Source of the DNA: Eledone cirrhosa
Lineage: Eukaryota
Length of the DNA: 64,000 bases
Assembly (NCBI GenBank): GCA_964016885.1
Contig: OZ024746.1
Location: 57,102,001 to 57,166,000 of the forward strand
Direction of reading: 5' to 3'
This document shows, piece by piece, positions 42,673 to 58,209 of this stretch; positions within the stretch are counted from its first letter, which is position 1, and every line of letters starts with the position of its first letter. The position numbers and the translations under genes were made by a program. The notes beneath the pieces are model-generated. The model searched no databases. It was given only the letters and a program-made list of their open reading frames with translations, and was not told the origin of the DNA.

Positions 42673-43227
42673 GTGCGGGTGGGAACAATCCGGTTGACCA
42701 CCGAGTCCATTATTACGATAAAACCGCCACCTTCCTTCAAAAACGAAGGGGAAGTGGATTTCCTCTGTCTAATGGCTTTAGTGAAAGAGGTTACATGGTG
42801 GACGAGCGTGAAAGGGTTGAGCTCAGACACCTTTCTCTCCGGCGAACAACTGGTCCGCTTCTTCAAATATCACTTTAGAAGAAGAATCAGACTGGTGAGA
42901 AAGGTTCTGCACCCCAGCAAATTTTACGAAAGGTGGGTGAATGTGGCAAGGATGGCCCGATCGATTGGGTCTTCTCTCTATATAAGCATGTAGGTTGAGG
43001 AAGAGGAGGAAGAGAGGAAGCGAGCACTCGCTCTTCGTAATCCTGGAGAGGAGGATTGCACATTTCTTTCGGGGTTATATACAACACTTTTGTAACGCCT
43101 CCCCTCTATTGGGGATTTCGATTGTTTTATTTTGTCATTGTTATATTTTTTACGGGAATTTTATGTATGTAAACTCCCCCCATTGTATCTGTACCCATCT
43201 TTTGCGCCTTCGTGGAGAATAAAGAAA
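42673..43227 (+). mobile_element. Tx1/L1-like LINE 3' end abutting (CT)n
   Basis: ORF 42673-42993 (MALVKEVTW...FF...RIR.....F.ERW) resembles Tx1 ORF2 C-termini; AATAAA precedes (CT)n. Confidence 0.55.
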
Positions 43228-43301
<74 letters not shown>

Positions 43302-43303
43302 TA

Positions 43304-43334
<31 letters not shown>
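43228..43334. repeat. (CT)n followed by (TATC)n microsatellites
   Basis: Directly visible. Confidence 0.95.
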
Positions 43335-43335
43335 C

Positions 43336-43695
43336 AACAACTGGTCCTTTTCTTCCGATATCATTTAGGAAGAAGGATCAGGATGGAGAGAGAGGTGCTC
43401 CACCCCAGCCAGTTTTATGAAAGTAGGTGAAAGTGGCGAGAATGGCCCGCATGAATGGGCCTTCTCTCTATATCAGCCGGCAGGTGAAAAAGATGGAAGA
43501 ACAAGAGAGCACCCTCTCTCTTTGCTCCCAAGGAGGAGGATTGCACACTTGTTCGTGGGTGTGCGAGACCCCCCAAAACACCTCCTCCCTATTAAGGACT
43601 TTATTGTTAATTTGATATTTGTTATTTGTTTTTTTTTCTCGTTCTTCTGTGTATTAGTCCCCTTCTTTTGCGCCCTCGTGGCATTAAATAGAAAC
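43336..43695 (+). mobile_element. Second, diverged copy of the Tx1-like 3' end
   Basis: Collinear with 42846-43227. Confidence 0.55.
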
Positions 43696-44342
43696 ATATC
43701 TATCTATCTAAATATCTATAAAGTTATGCATGTTTATATATATATTTGCACATACATTGTACACATACATTTATATTTATTTATCATATGTCTTTAAACA
43801 AGACATATTAATTGTTTTATATTGGCAATATTATTATATTGATTCCCACCCACCTCTATGTTGTATATTTTATTTATAGACGCATGGGCAGAGATGCGTT
43901 GATCCGCAATCCCTCGCATGCATCCATCTCTAACTCAGTGTGTTTAGATGCATATAGATGCATACATAAATCCATACATGGTGGCTGCCAACTCGTTTTG
44001 GGGTACGGCCACTACTTTATATCCATGCAGGAGAACCCCTACCGATGCGCTGAACGAGTGTGACCTTTTAGTCCAGCCAGCGACTTGAACACTCTGGTAC
44101 AAACACTACACTTGTGACAATTATTGACACATAGTGCTGGGCCCATGGTACCATGTGACGACAAGTGCAGAGAGATCTCCAGATATAAAGCAATGCCTGT
44201 GCCATGAAGCTTTTATACATCCATACATACATACATATATACATACATAGGCACAAAATACTTGTATATATATGCACTTACATATGCACATATATATACA
44301 CACTCATAAAAATACATATATCTATACATATACATGTTTACT

Positions 44343-44420
<78 letters not shown>

Positions 44421-44447
44421 TTTATAAATATACATATATATATATAT

Positions 44448-44705
44448 TTATTAAAATAACAGATTAAATTTTAAGAAAAGAATGGCTGCTTTCACCCTTA
44501 ACGGGATGTTCTGAAACAAAAAAAATCATAGATTGATTATCTTAGCTTCAGAAGATCCCGTTAAGGGTGAAAGCAGCGATTCTTTGCTTAAACTTCAATC
44601 TGTTATTTTAATAAATATTTGCTCTAGGGTTCTTATATATTTGATATATATTTATCCTTATCGAGCCCTCTTTGGATTTTAGACTTCAGATTTATTATTA
44701 TTACT
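44448..44705. mobile_element. Miniature family C foldback
   Basis: Short minus arm 44448-44520 and long plus arm 44530-44705 matching 60384-60553. Confidence 0.88.
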
Positions 44706-44721
44706 ATATATATATATAAGT

Positions 44722-44805
44722 GTTTCTACTTTTGGCACAAGTCCATCAATTACCAGTACATTACTGGTACATTATTTTATCGACCCTGTAACGATGAAAG
44801 GCAAA
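44722..44805 (-). mobile_element. SINE 3' fragment
   Basis: TGTTTCTACTTTTGGCACAAG..ATCGACCC..ATGAAAGGCAAA. Confidence 0.75.
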
Positions 44806-46033
44806 ATACAGACATATATATACACATACCTATTTATATAGGTGGGTGCGTCTGTGTTCCTGTGTGTGTGCGTGAGTGAGTGGGAAAGTGTGTGTATGCA
44901 TATGAGTAGAGTGCAAATGCATTTACCGTCATATACATTCTCTTACATAAAGGTAGTTTCTAACAATTGTATATGACGCATATATATAGACGATAGGACG
45001 ATACAGTGAAACATATACGTTCGTGCCTATGAAATATAGAAGCATCTGTCGACCAGTTTTCATGGACAAATAACTAAAAAGCTGGAATAAACATACGCAA
45101 ATATTGCATATTAAAAGTAATATTTCACAGATGAGCGTTTACAGGAAACGAGATTCAGAGTTATATTCAAATATATAGAAAGATTAAAAAGTAAAATGCT
45201 ATAAATATATTCGTTTGTGTGTGTGTGTGTGTGTGTTTGAGGGTGTCTTCATTTATACACACAAACACGCGCGTGTATACACACACACACGGACGCATAC
45301 ACACACACCTCCACACACACATACATACATACATATACATATATATATATAGTTTGGTAAACGTATCAGAGGTGAAGAGGCGTAGAAAACTCAGGCCAAG
45401 GAAATTGGAAAATATTCGAAAAATCTAGATCTTATATAAACAGATAAAAAATCTGCAATTTGTCCTCAAAAACCTTTCCACAAAGAAAGGGAACGTATGC
45501 ACTCATCTGTATTATTTTTAATGTTTTCCTCCTTCTTCTTGGTACTTTTTGAAGAGATGACCCAGTTTTTAGTATCTTTATTTTCTTTAATATTTTTTTA
45601 TGTTCCACATATTATGTATTGTAGAATTTCACCCACCCATTTAATAAGTTCCCTTCCTTTATAGTATATAAAGTTTATATAATAAATACATTCTATGTAA
45701 TTTTTCTTCTCTGTAAATTACTTCCCACTAAATCTAAGAACTCTCATACATTTTCTTCTACCGTATATTTCTCTTTTGGTTGAAACAATGCAGGGATATA
45801 AATTTAGTTCACTCTACGAAGCGCATGTCCTTGCATTTCACCGTGTTATGAAGAAATATATTTTGTTTAAGATTGTCTTAACGTTTCGGACGCAGGTTCA
45901 TCATCAGAAAAAAGAAAAAGGAATTAAAGAAGAGACAGAATGATAGAAAGTGAGCATTGGCCGAAAAGAAAAAAAACAATCTTTTAGAGAAACAGTTCTA
46001 TTCAAATTGCCTCAAAAATATTATATATATACA

Positions 46034-46089
<56 letters not shown>

Positions 46090-46133
46090 AAAAAGAACAC
46101 AAGAGCGTCTACAACATCAAAAGATTTTTATTG

Positions 46134-46178
46134 GCTTACAATGTTTCTTCCTTACGTAACCGTAGGATTCGTCAGAGC
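46134..46178 (-). ncRNA. Hammerhead, family E, inverted-arm copy
   Basis: Reverse complement of 47964-48008. Confidence 0.82.
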
Positions 46179-47458
46179 TATAAAAGGGGTTTGATTGGTG
46201 TTATGGACTCTACCAACCAAACATTCAAGAACAAAGAGTAAAGAGAGTAAAGAGCAAAAGTAGGGGACGATAAGTCTAATTTTGGTGCGGGAGTGGGTCC
46301 TTGTTTACTAGCTGCGGTCATATTCATTCCCGGGAGTCGGGTGGTTAGCTGAACCATAGATGGGGTGGCGTCGATAGAATGGTGCAGAGGGTGCGCAGAG
46401 GCTACACAAACACAAAGGGCATACAATATACATATATAGCGGAGGAGAAAGTACATGAGGTAATTAGAAATGGAAAAAGAGTAATAATAATAACCTATAA
46501 TTAATAGTGTATAATAAGGCATGGGGAAGATTACACTATAATAAGGTATAAAAGTAAGAATAAGGTAAAATATAAAGGGGGATAGAAGTGGAAATAATAA
46601 AGATAAACAAATATATATAGAGAATATATAAAGAAATATAAGCGAATATTTAGAGGGGAAAACACAATGTAAAAAACACCCTGATTTTTTCAAATAATAA
46701 TAAAAATATAATAATTATGGGGGGAGAAAACGGGATAGAGAAATATGATCAAGTGTGATTAGTTGAGAGAATATAAGATGATAATAGTTATGTCAAGTTT
46801 ATACATCTTAATAATAAATAATCTGTGTATCAGAGTTGCAGAACCTTCAATTCACTTACGGGATCAAGCCACGTGGCATGGTCCATTGTTTATCTTTGCG
46901 GTCATGCGCGTTTGTTTTTGACACCACAGCAGATGCACAAGTTCGTAAATTCCAATGCAGATAGAAATCTATTTTTGCTCACCCGGACATTGACGGAGGA
47001 TACAATATTCCTAGTTCAATATGTGTGTGGTGTTATTTTGGTCGCACAAATCAATCACTTGGTTCAATATTATGGAGTATGGTTTTCTGGTCTTCGTAAC
47101 AGTTATTATTAAGATTTCTGGTCTTCGTAACATTTATTATTAAGATGTATAAACTTGACATAACTATTATCATCTTATATTCTCTCAACTAATCACACTT
47201 GATCATATTTCTCTATCCCGTTTTCTCCCCCCATAATTATTATATTTTTATTATTATTTGAAAAAATCGGGGTGTTTTTTACATTGTGTTTTCCCCTCCA
47301 AATATTCGCTTATATTTCTGTATATATTCTCTATATATATTTTTTTATCTTTATTATTTCCACTTCTATCCCCCTTTATATTTTACCTTATTCTTACTTT
47401 TATACCTTATTATAGTGTAATCTTCCCCATGCCTTATTATACACTATTAATTATAGGT

Positions 47459-47636
47459 GGATTGGCAGTATCGGTAGAGGGTCGGACGCCATGCTTTCCA
47501 GCATAGTTACGTCCCTTTACGATCTGAGTTCAAATCCCGCCGAGGTTGACTTTGCCTTTCATCCTTACGGGGTCGATAAAATAAAGTACCAGTAATGCAC
47601 TGGGTAATTGCTGGCCTTGTGCCTAAAGTAGAAACA
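47459..47636 (+). mobile_element. Full-length tRNA-derived SINE with 13-bp target site duplication
   Basis: A-box-like TGGCAGTATCGG, B-box GAGTTCAAATCCC; TSD ATTAATTATAGGT at 47446-47458 and 47637-47649. Confidence 0.92.
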
Positions 47637-47963
47637 ATTAATTATAGGTTATTATTATTACTCTTTTTCCATTTCTAATTACCTCATGTACTTTCTCCTC
47701 CGCTATATATATATATTGTATGCCCTTTGTGTTTGTGTAGCCTCTGCGCACCCTCTGCACCATTCTATCGACGCCACCTCATCTATGGTTCAGCTAACCA
47801 CCCGACTCCCGGGAATGAATATGACCGCAGCTAGTAAACAAGGACCCACTCCCTCACCAAAATTAGACTTATCGTCCCCTACTTTTGCTCTTTACTCTCT
47901 TTACTCTTTGTTCTTGAATGTTTGGTTGGTAGAGTCCATAACACCAATCAAACCCCTTTTATA

Positions 47964-48008
47964 GCTCTGACGAATCCTACGGTTACGTAAGGAAGAAACA
48001 TTGTAAGC
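47964..48008 (+). ncRNA. Minimal type I hammerhead, canonical core (family E)
   Basis: GCU-CUGACGA-AUCCUACG(GUUA)CGUAAGGAA-GAAA-C(AUU)G-UA^AGC; predicted cleavage after 48005. Confidence 0.82.
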
Positions 48009-48151
48009 CAATAACAAATATTTTGATGTTGTAGACGCTCTTGTGTTCTTTTTCATATATACGGCTCTGCTCCAAAGCATAGTGCTAATTATTATGCTGC
48101 CAATACCTTAATGGGACACGGGTATACAATACCTAACTCCTATTAACCTAA

Positions 48152-48224
<73 letters not shown>

Positions 48225-48227
48225 TAT

Positions 48228-48450
48228 AGCGTGATGTGACGGAGATTACAAGACTCACCCCTGGGCAGGACGCCAGTCAATCGCAGGGTTAAACCCCCAG
48301 TTATTGTTGGAATTCATTTTAAGCTGAGTATACTGGAGCAACATGAAATGAAGCGTTTTGTTCAAGAATACAACACGCAACCCACGGATCGAACCCACGA
48401 CATTATCATCGTCAGTCCAAACAGTTACCAGTAGGCCAGGTGCCTCCACT
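48228..48450 (-). mobile_element. tRNA-head SINE with CORE-like domain
   Basis: GGTTCGATCC B-box, CTTGAACAAAACGCTTCATTTCA, AACCCTGCGATTGACTGGCGTCC. Confidence 0.7.
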
Positions 48451-51400
48451 TATATATATATATGTGTGTGTGTATGTGTGTGTATACATACACATACACG
48501 CACACTCATATATATTTATATAGCATACATTTGAGAGTGTATGTGTGCGCGTATGTTTGTATGTTTATGTGCCAAAAGTCTATGGAATTGTGCGCCCCAC
48601 AGAAAAACGGATTTGATTTTCGAAATTTCCGTCCTTAGGAGAAGGTTTTGGACGACGTGGATTTTCTTTATGCCGGAAAGAATAGAAACAAAACATAAAC
48701 CTCATCTTATGTCATATTTATCCACGAGAATATCCATTAATGCGTGGAGTGAAAACGTGATAGATAGCCAATGAGATTGGTGAATGGAACTCAGTGGCAC
48801 ATGTTTTTTTCCTCGTCCATCGAAACGCTTCTTTTCTCTCTTTGTCTTTTGGTTACTTATTTTTTTGATGTGTGTATGACTTTTGATCGCATCCTGGCTT
48901 CGTGTTCGGGGTATTCGACTCACGATCATAAGGTTGTGTGTTCGATTCTTATACTTGCACAATACACTTTATTTCGCCATTCTACATCCCACATTCCAGA
49001 GAAAACGCCTTCGGAATGATTAGCTATTCACAGGAACGGTCCATGGGGAATAAGTAAGGTAATGCACCACGGGGGAGACAATATCTGTTATGAAATTTAA
49101 AAAAATTAAAAGAATATCATTCTATGGTAAATGTGCTTGCGAGAGGAAACTGGAAAGTTGAATATTTGTATACACACACACAAACACACACATCCATACA
49201 CACACATATATATATGTATATGTCATTATTTTCCGTAGTAGTGGTTAACATCGATGTTTCCATGTGACAGATATCTATTCAATCCCACGGCTATTCTTAT
49301 GGCTATTTTTATAACTCCATATGTAATATAGATTTGCAAGCCATCACCCATTACCATGTATTTTTATAGAACAGATTCGCTCCTCATCTTGTATGTTATT
49401 GTAGAGACATGTCTATGCCAACTTTGGATCGTTAATGTATCTTAATTGAATTAGTTTACCACGAATATGCCGTAACAGTAGCCGAACAGTATAATGACTT
49501 TTGGAAATTTCCAAGAATATATTCAAATATGAATTCATAAACAAACCCTACACATTTCATTTCAGACTTTTGTCCTTACTCCCGTATATTGCCAACCCTA
49601 TTTGGTTTCCATATGACACGTCATATTTCAACCAGCACTGATATAAAGTGTAGGATTTTTGCGAAGTGAAAAGCATAGAACAGTCTAGGAAAACACTTTA
49701 AACAATGTGGAGAGGACAAACCAAAGACGAGAAAGCTTCTTTGGGAAAATAAATAGAAACCGCAGAATTTTAGCCAAATTCATGTTCTAAAGGAGTTCAT
49801 ACTAAAAATTGCAACCCCCAAAATATTCGTTTGTTGTTGATTTTTCTCGAAATTTTACTTTCATTTATTGATTTTCCTTTTTGTTAGGAAACAGTTAAAA
49901 CGTTAGATGTGTTCTAAAACATTTTACGACTCTAGTTATATTACAATTAAATCACATTACATCAATCAAACAAACATTGTTCTTGAGAAAGAGTGTTGAA
50001 AAGTTCCAATTTCCGGTTTTGAGTCTCGCAGATTAGCATTTCTATTAGAAATGATTGATGCAGTAACTCATTGCTTTCGTTTTATAACTCTGGCCATTCT
50101 TTCTTTGTTTCTGCCCAACTCCTGAACATTAGTCATTGTTGTCGTCTTGTCGTCCGTTTCATCTAATAGCGAATCTTTACAAAACCAAAACCAAAACCGA
50201 AAATGATCATCTTAGTTTACAAGGAATGTGACGTGATTTCTATTAGTAATTTCGCTTTGAGAAATCGTAGAGATCAAAGACTGAATTTTGCTGGGGTTCT
50301 TCTGAATCAACATCACTATTGATTTCGACAATATATTCAATTATGTCTCACACACCAGCGACAATAAAAATGTTGCTATTTCTTACAAAGCTCTTTCTTG
50401 CCTTTACCGACTTACATAATAATCATATGCTTTACGGCCTTAATCTGCTTGATATCACATCTCGGTTATATTGTCAAGGACATTAGCTGATCCTTCAAAC
50501 AATTACGTCTCATCATACTCTGCTGATTTTTCTCATGATACGCAATTGCATATCGAGAAAGTTTTCCTCTTGCTGCATAAGCTGCATTAAAGACAGATCT
50601 AGGAAGATAATGTTTAAATTAGAAACAAAAAGAGAATTTGAAGTAAAATTCTTAATTTTCTATAATGAGCAAAATATCATTGTTATATCAACAATACTGA
50701 TTAAATGTATAATCCTCTAATATGGGTATTTAATATTTACAACCGTTTTCTACATAACTCTGGATTATCAGTATCATTAGTTTCGAAGGAAACTGCAAGT
50801 CATCACGTTATTAAACAGTAATTATTTTTTAAAATTTTAAATCCCTTGATCAGTACATATTCTATTAATTGGTGAGTTTCAATGAATAAATTTAGCTAAT
50901 ACATGATTCAACACGCCATGCAATTACATAGATTATTAGGAAATCCAATGGCAGAGATTTGGTGTAAGATATGGTAGGTCGTTTTTGAACGTTTTTATGG
51001 GACTATTAGCAAACGTTTACAAATGAATACATTTAACAAGGGAATCATTACGTGGGTGTGCATCATGTTAGAAGGAGTGGTCGCTTTACACCATAACTAT
51101 ATATTTTAAACAGGATAACTGATTGGATCGTAATTTTTTATCAACTTTTATATATCGACAAAAGAAGGAGACATGTAAGAATGGAGAGAAAGAAGAACAC
51201 AAATTTAACACCCTTGGCACTATGTATTTGTTAGTCTGATATTTGTTATCTCAATATTCCCTCAAACAACATTATAGTCTAACTGATTCTGTCTTGCTAG
51301 GAAGATATTTGTACTGAGAGGGAATGATAGGGATCCGTTGCAGTTGTTATATTTTTCGGTTATGTATTACGATATTCAAGATATTTGGTCCTATATAGCT

Positions 51401-51665
51401 TGGCCTATGCATGGCCTAAGATAAGTATGTAGGAGTGCGCCGTTTTGAAACGTTAGAATTATTTTGTTTATGTGTTATATTCTTTCCTTTATCGTTAGGG
51501 TGTGCCCTGGTGGTGTTACAAATCCTTTCCCATTTTCTGTTACGATTTGATTTACTCTCAGTTTATATAAGTGGCCACAGTAATTTGTGTGAGTGTTGTG
51601 AGGATCAGATCTTCAGTTCAATGTTATCTTTTGTTCCGAAACAGTGTGTCTCAATATATATCCTA

Positions 51666-51853
<188 letters not shown>

Positions 51854-52296
51854 TTATTATATTCGTGAGTTTGTGAGTGTGATGTGTAAGCATATGGATG
51901 TGTGTTTATGTGTGTGTATTTATGTGTGTGCATATGAATATGTGTACATGTATCCAAAAAGATATCTCCCATATTGCACATAGAATTTAGCTGCGATGTT
52001 TCGTTCAAAATTTAATCGCCGACATGAGATTACGATAAAATTCATTACACAATGATTGCTTGTATTTTAATCGTAAGTGCCATACTCGTAAACGATATAT
52101 ACATAAATTAGATATAGAATAAGAATGTACTTTATATATTGTTAATTTGTGGGGATGAAAGTATGAATGAATGGACGGATGCATCTTGCTAACATATTAT
52201 GTGTATGTGCATGTCAGCGTGTGTGTGCGTGCGTGTTTGTGTGGACGTTTATATATATATATATATATATATATGATATTTTTTTAAGCAACTTGT

Positions 52297-52350
<54 letters not shown>

Positions 52351-52383
52351 ATATATATTCATGTATATATATATGTATATATA

Positions 52384-52640
52384 TTTCGTTTCTGAATTTG
52401 TTTAGCAAAATTCTTTATCTGAAAACGTGTGTTGAAACTGATATTGTTAAGAGGTCACATCATGTATGATGAAAGAACTTTGACAACATATGAGCAACCG
52501 TCCGTTTGTGGAATCAACCAACCAACCGGAAATGTATTTATTTGTTTAGATGTTTAATTTAATTTATAATAGATTGGAGTGAAAGCAACAGGTGCGTGTG
52601 TTTCTTATTGGGAACATGACCCTCCCAAAGTATAACAATA
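52384..52640. mobile_element. Miniature family B foldback
   Basis: Minus tail 52384-52450 joined to a plus arm that begins inside the HHR and ends AACAATA. Confidence 0.8.
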
Positions 52641-52663
52641 TGCATATATATATATATATGTAT

Positions 52664-52709
<46 letters not shown>

Positions 52710-52716
52710 GTATATA

Positions 52717-52785
<69 letters not shown>

Positions 52786-52840
52786 GTATATATATATATA
52801 TGTATATATATATAGATGTATATATATGTATATATATATG

Positions 52841-52944
<104 letters not shown>

Positions 52945-53547
52945 CATACATACACAAACATACACATACATACAGAGATATATATCAACCACCAGCTAAT
53001 CTGAAATCTTTGATTGTTTCATAAAGAAAATATTTTCTTTTACATTCAGTTTATAATTAATTTGTTAGTACTCATTTATTAAGTTCTTTGCGATTAACTG
53101 CAAGCAAACATTCCACTTTCTTTCCTAGTGAAATTACAATAAAGGAATTACAATTTCCATCGTATCCAAACATTTTATCATATGTCCTAAAATATCCGGC
53201 AAGCTGGATTATCTTATGCGAAATGTTCCTTTAATACATAGCTCCATTCGATCTGATAATATCGGTAGACTATTTTGTAGAATCTTCATGAATGTCGTCT
53301 CATTTATTTAGTTATGTTAATATATTTTAGCATATCATTTTTTTCCTTAAATCTTCTCGATAAATACTTTTTTCATACTATAATATATTTTATCACTTTT
53401 GAAATTAAATATTAGATTCATTTAACGTTGTAAGTTTATTAATCGTGTGTCTTTTATAATTTATGCTATATATTTCTATTATCTGATTATTATTATTATT
53501 ATTATTTTCTTGATTTACTCACGTATATACATATATTTGTTTTTGTA

Positions 53548-53971
53548 AGTGTCACTTATTTACATTGTATATTGTTCTGTTTACATATTTATTTCCTTTC
53601 AAAATTTCAACTTAACACACCCACACACATACACACATACAACTACACATCCGATCGACTCCACCCACATCCTCATTGTTCTACAGGCAAGTTCAGCCAC
53701 CCACTGCCACGAAAGATTTAATTGTGTTTACAAGAAATGTTGACCAATCCTTTTGACAACTACAATATTTCCATATAAGGAAGTACTCCTTGAAAAGCTC
53801 GGCTATTTATTACCACGCTAAAAAATTCAAAGTTAGTCCAGAAATAGCCGTCGAGACGGCTTGAGCTCTGCCGTCAGGGTTCAACATTTTCCCATTACAC
53901 TCTCTACTACCCTAGGTATTGAGTACTCTGATGCATTATGGTCTATCTGGTTCCTTACCGCACATCCTTCG

Positions 53972-53973
<2 letters not shown>
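53548..53973 (+). mobile_element. Diverged family A-like 3' UTR with HHR relic (~53786-53880) and full tail
   Basis: UUGAAAA core, CGGCUAUUU/AAAUAGCCG stem, GAGA in place of GAAA, GUC site; ends CCTTCGTT(AT)n. Confidence 0.8.
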
Positions 53974-54026
<53 letters not shown>

Positions 54027-54162
54027 TGTATACGTGAAATGAAATTTCGTTTCATTTTTTCCATTTATATATATATATATTTCTATATATTGGGTGTCCT
54101 AAAATGTATACACATTTTTATTATAATGCTGTTTAAGAGTGGATATATATTTTTGGGACATC

Positions 54163-54203
<41 letters not shown>

Positions 54204-54477
54204 TGAATATGACTCCGTGTGTACATGAGTGTCTGCGTATGTTATTATAGGTATATAAATGGAGATGTTAAAAATGTTGGAGTTATTGATAGCTAAAAGC
54301 AGAAACTGGCTGTTAAGCCAACGAGGAGTTATAACATAAAAATAGACTTCATTGAATAATAACTTATTTAAATATTTCTTCAATGAAGCATAGAGAAACC
54401 GGGCGTCATTTATGATAATAATTTGTGTTTGGTATTTTTTGATGGAGAAAAATGTATGAAAATAATGTGAGAAAAGT

Positions 54478-55343
<866 letters not shown>

Positions 55344-55653
55344 CGTGTGTGTGCTTATGGAGAGTGATACATAAATTGATGTATGGCGGAAAGGGAGAAA
55401 TACGCGTCAGGGGAACGAATAAATAGAAAGTTGATGATGAGTTAGAAAGTTTCGTTCGACTGAAATATAAAACATGGAACGGTGCCATGAACGGCAGTAT
55501 ATAAATATGTAAATAGATATTAAAGCGCAATGGAAATATATAATGCATACTATATAGACACATTTCTACTAAAAATATGAAATGATAAATGCATTAGAAA
55601 TTAAAAATGCTAAACATACACACATATAAAAAATGCGCACCCCTCCAACAAAT

Positions 55654-55674
55654 ACACACACGCAGACACACACG

Positions 55675-55741
<67 letters not shown>
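55654..55741. repeat. (CA)n microsatellite
   Basis: Directly visible. Confidence 0.95.
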
Positions 55742-55759
<18 letters not shown>

Positions 55760-56059
55760 GCATGTATATATGTATGTATATATATATGCATATATAAATA
55801 CATACACACACACATGTATATGTATCTTCACACATATGCACACAAGCGCATACATACACACGGACACACATATGCATGCATACTTATTGTTGCGTACTTA
55901 CACAAATATATAAGCATATGTGTATGTATATATGTATTGTTTATTAATAACTAATTTGACATTTGCATAGTAAGTTAAGAGAACTAATAGAATTAAAGTT
56001 CACCATATATGTTTATATTTAAAGATTCGTCGTATCTTTTTATGTAGATTTAGTGTACT

Positions 56060-56775
56060 TAGACAAAACTTTTTAATCTCATTGTTCTTGTAAAGTTGTT
56101 TAATGGATGCGTAACTGTTTTTTCCGAGGAACAACGTCGGCACTCCATGCATTTCTGAATAGTTTCTGCAGTTTCCCGACCAACTTTTGTTCAGCAAACT
56201 TATATATTTCTTTCAGAATGAAGTGATTACCTGGTTTTTTGCATGACACTTCACTTCTTGCAGGGTTGATTCAATAGATATTTTGCTTATTATCGGGCGT
56301 TACGAAATCTGCATTATAATATGCTGATCAAAGATATAGCTGGAGTTCAACAGAGTCTCACAATGCTCTTTGCATTGTTTCAGGATGTCCCACTTATCTG
56401 ACAGAATCTCTACCCTTTACAAGAGAGAACCGGTGAGATACCACTCACTTAAAGATCTTACACTTTTTTCAAACCATCATAAAGGTCATTATGATCTGTA
56501 GCTTGTTGGAGTACATTAGCCTTTGCAGAGAATCAAGTCTGGGTCCACATTTTGTATAATTGATTTTTATTGGATGAGTATTTATTGTTTATCCAAGCTT
56601 TATTGGGATTGTTTATTAGATGAATTAACACACCTCGGTGTTGTTATCATCAAACCAATCTTGGTGTGTCAGATCAGTCAGTGAGAGGATGTATAGGGAT
56701 ACAGCAAGCGTAGCATCCGGGAGTCTTTCTCATTGATTTAATGTCCTCAGTGTTCTCAACGGCATAGAGAGCTGC
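56060..56775 (-). mobile_element. RTE-clade LINE relic (endonuclease-RT linker)
   Basis: HQDWFDDNN, ILKQCKEHCETLLN, KPG...EIYK...L.KLF..W...VP. Confidence 0.65.
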
Positions 56776-56873
56776 ACATTAACACACACACACACACAAA
56801 GATATACATATGGAAATGTTCTAATCCTGTAGCAATCATTTATATAATATAATGAATATTTGAATATCTATAT

Positions 56874-56922
<49 letters not shown>

Positions 56923-56952
56923 TGTGTGTATATATATATATATATATATGTT

Positions 56953-57067
<115 letters not shown>

Positions 57068-57597
57068 ATATATACACATATATATTAGGTATAGGATTAT
57101 CCAAGATGTAGTAATGGTTAGTTACTACACTGGATATGGTTGACGTACGGTAAGAGGTTACTCTACGAGTTATGGAAGAATTGTTCAAGAAACTTAGTTC
57201 CTGATCCTTCAGTATTCCGGAGTGTATATAAAGAATGAATAATAACAGGTAGACATCATAAAAAGGTAATTTATTCCGTGTGCTTACAAGTGTTTCCACG
57301 GTGGTACTGCAGCCTACTTCCGCTACGTGCAAATTCACAAGTACTTGCAGAACTCGAATATCCAATGCTGTGACCACTGTTTCCTCAGAGCAGAATGGTA
57401 AATGTACAATGTAAAAACCCTTAAGTGGGGTTGTTGGGGAAGATAGAGTGGAACAGGAAGAGAGAAAAGTAGGGAAGAGGGAGAGAGAAAGAAAGATATG
57501 CAGGGGTTGGAGAAGTAGGAGAGAGTGGCTTGTAGATATCTTAATCAAAATGTTATGGTAGGGGTTTTATTATACTGGTTACTTATTGAAAACGACC

Positions 57598-57741
57598 ATG
57601 AACATTAAGTTCAACAAACATAGAAATAATGAGCTGCAGAACAACATGAAAGCACTACTCCGAAGATTGCAAAATACCAATGGAATTGTTGTGAAATCTG
57701 ACAAGACTTCTAACGTGTATACCATGGATATCGATACGTAA
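57598..57741 (+). pseudogene. Naiad-like N-terminal fragment
   Basis: MNIKFNKHRNNELQ...VVKSDKTSNVY, containing the DK(T/G) motif found upstream of PLE RTs. Confidence 0.55.
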
Positions 57742-58004
57742 TAGATACGGAATATTTATCGAATATTTCGACAGCTTAATCGCCCAGATATACAGTTAAT
57801 TAAACATAATTAGGTGTAAAATAAACTAGGAGAAACGAGAATACATTTATTTACCTCTACCATGGTTTCTTCCCCATTTTGAGATTTCCAATAACTTCGG
57901 AAACTCGAGCATCGGACTCTTCAGGAGTTTCCTCTAATCTAGACAATACATTTTCCAAAGTGATCGCGCCAAGAATGCATTCAAAAATTATATATATATG
58001 TATG

Positions 58005-58088
<84 letters not shown>

Positions 58089-58209
58089 TATTTATTAAAA
58101 TAACAGATTAAAGTTTAAGCAAAGAATTGCTGCTTTCACCGTTAAAGGGATCCTCTGAAACTAACAAAGTCAATCTGTAAACGCAGAAGTGGATATTTCA
58201 AAAAACTTT

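Larger units (their letters stand above)
46087..48152. mobile_element. Foldback element family E (probable PLE 3' UTR): minus arm from 46087, plus arm ~47133-48152 with tail
   Basis: 46087-46817 is the reverse complement of ~47133-48053 once the SINE is removed; canonical HHR near both outer ends; (TA)n flanks. Confidence 0.85.

Noticed and set aside
50060-50610. Possible host exons on the minus strand
   Set aside because: Splice-like sites imply a 46-nt intron and early stops; no recognisable protein.
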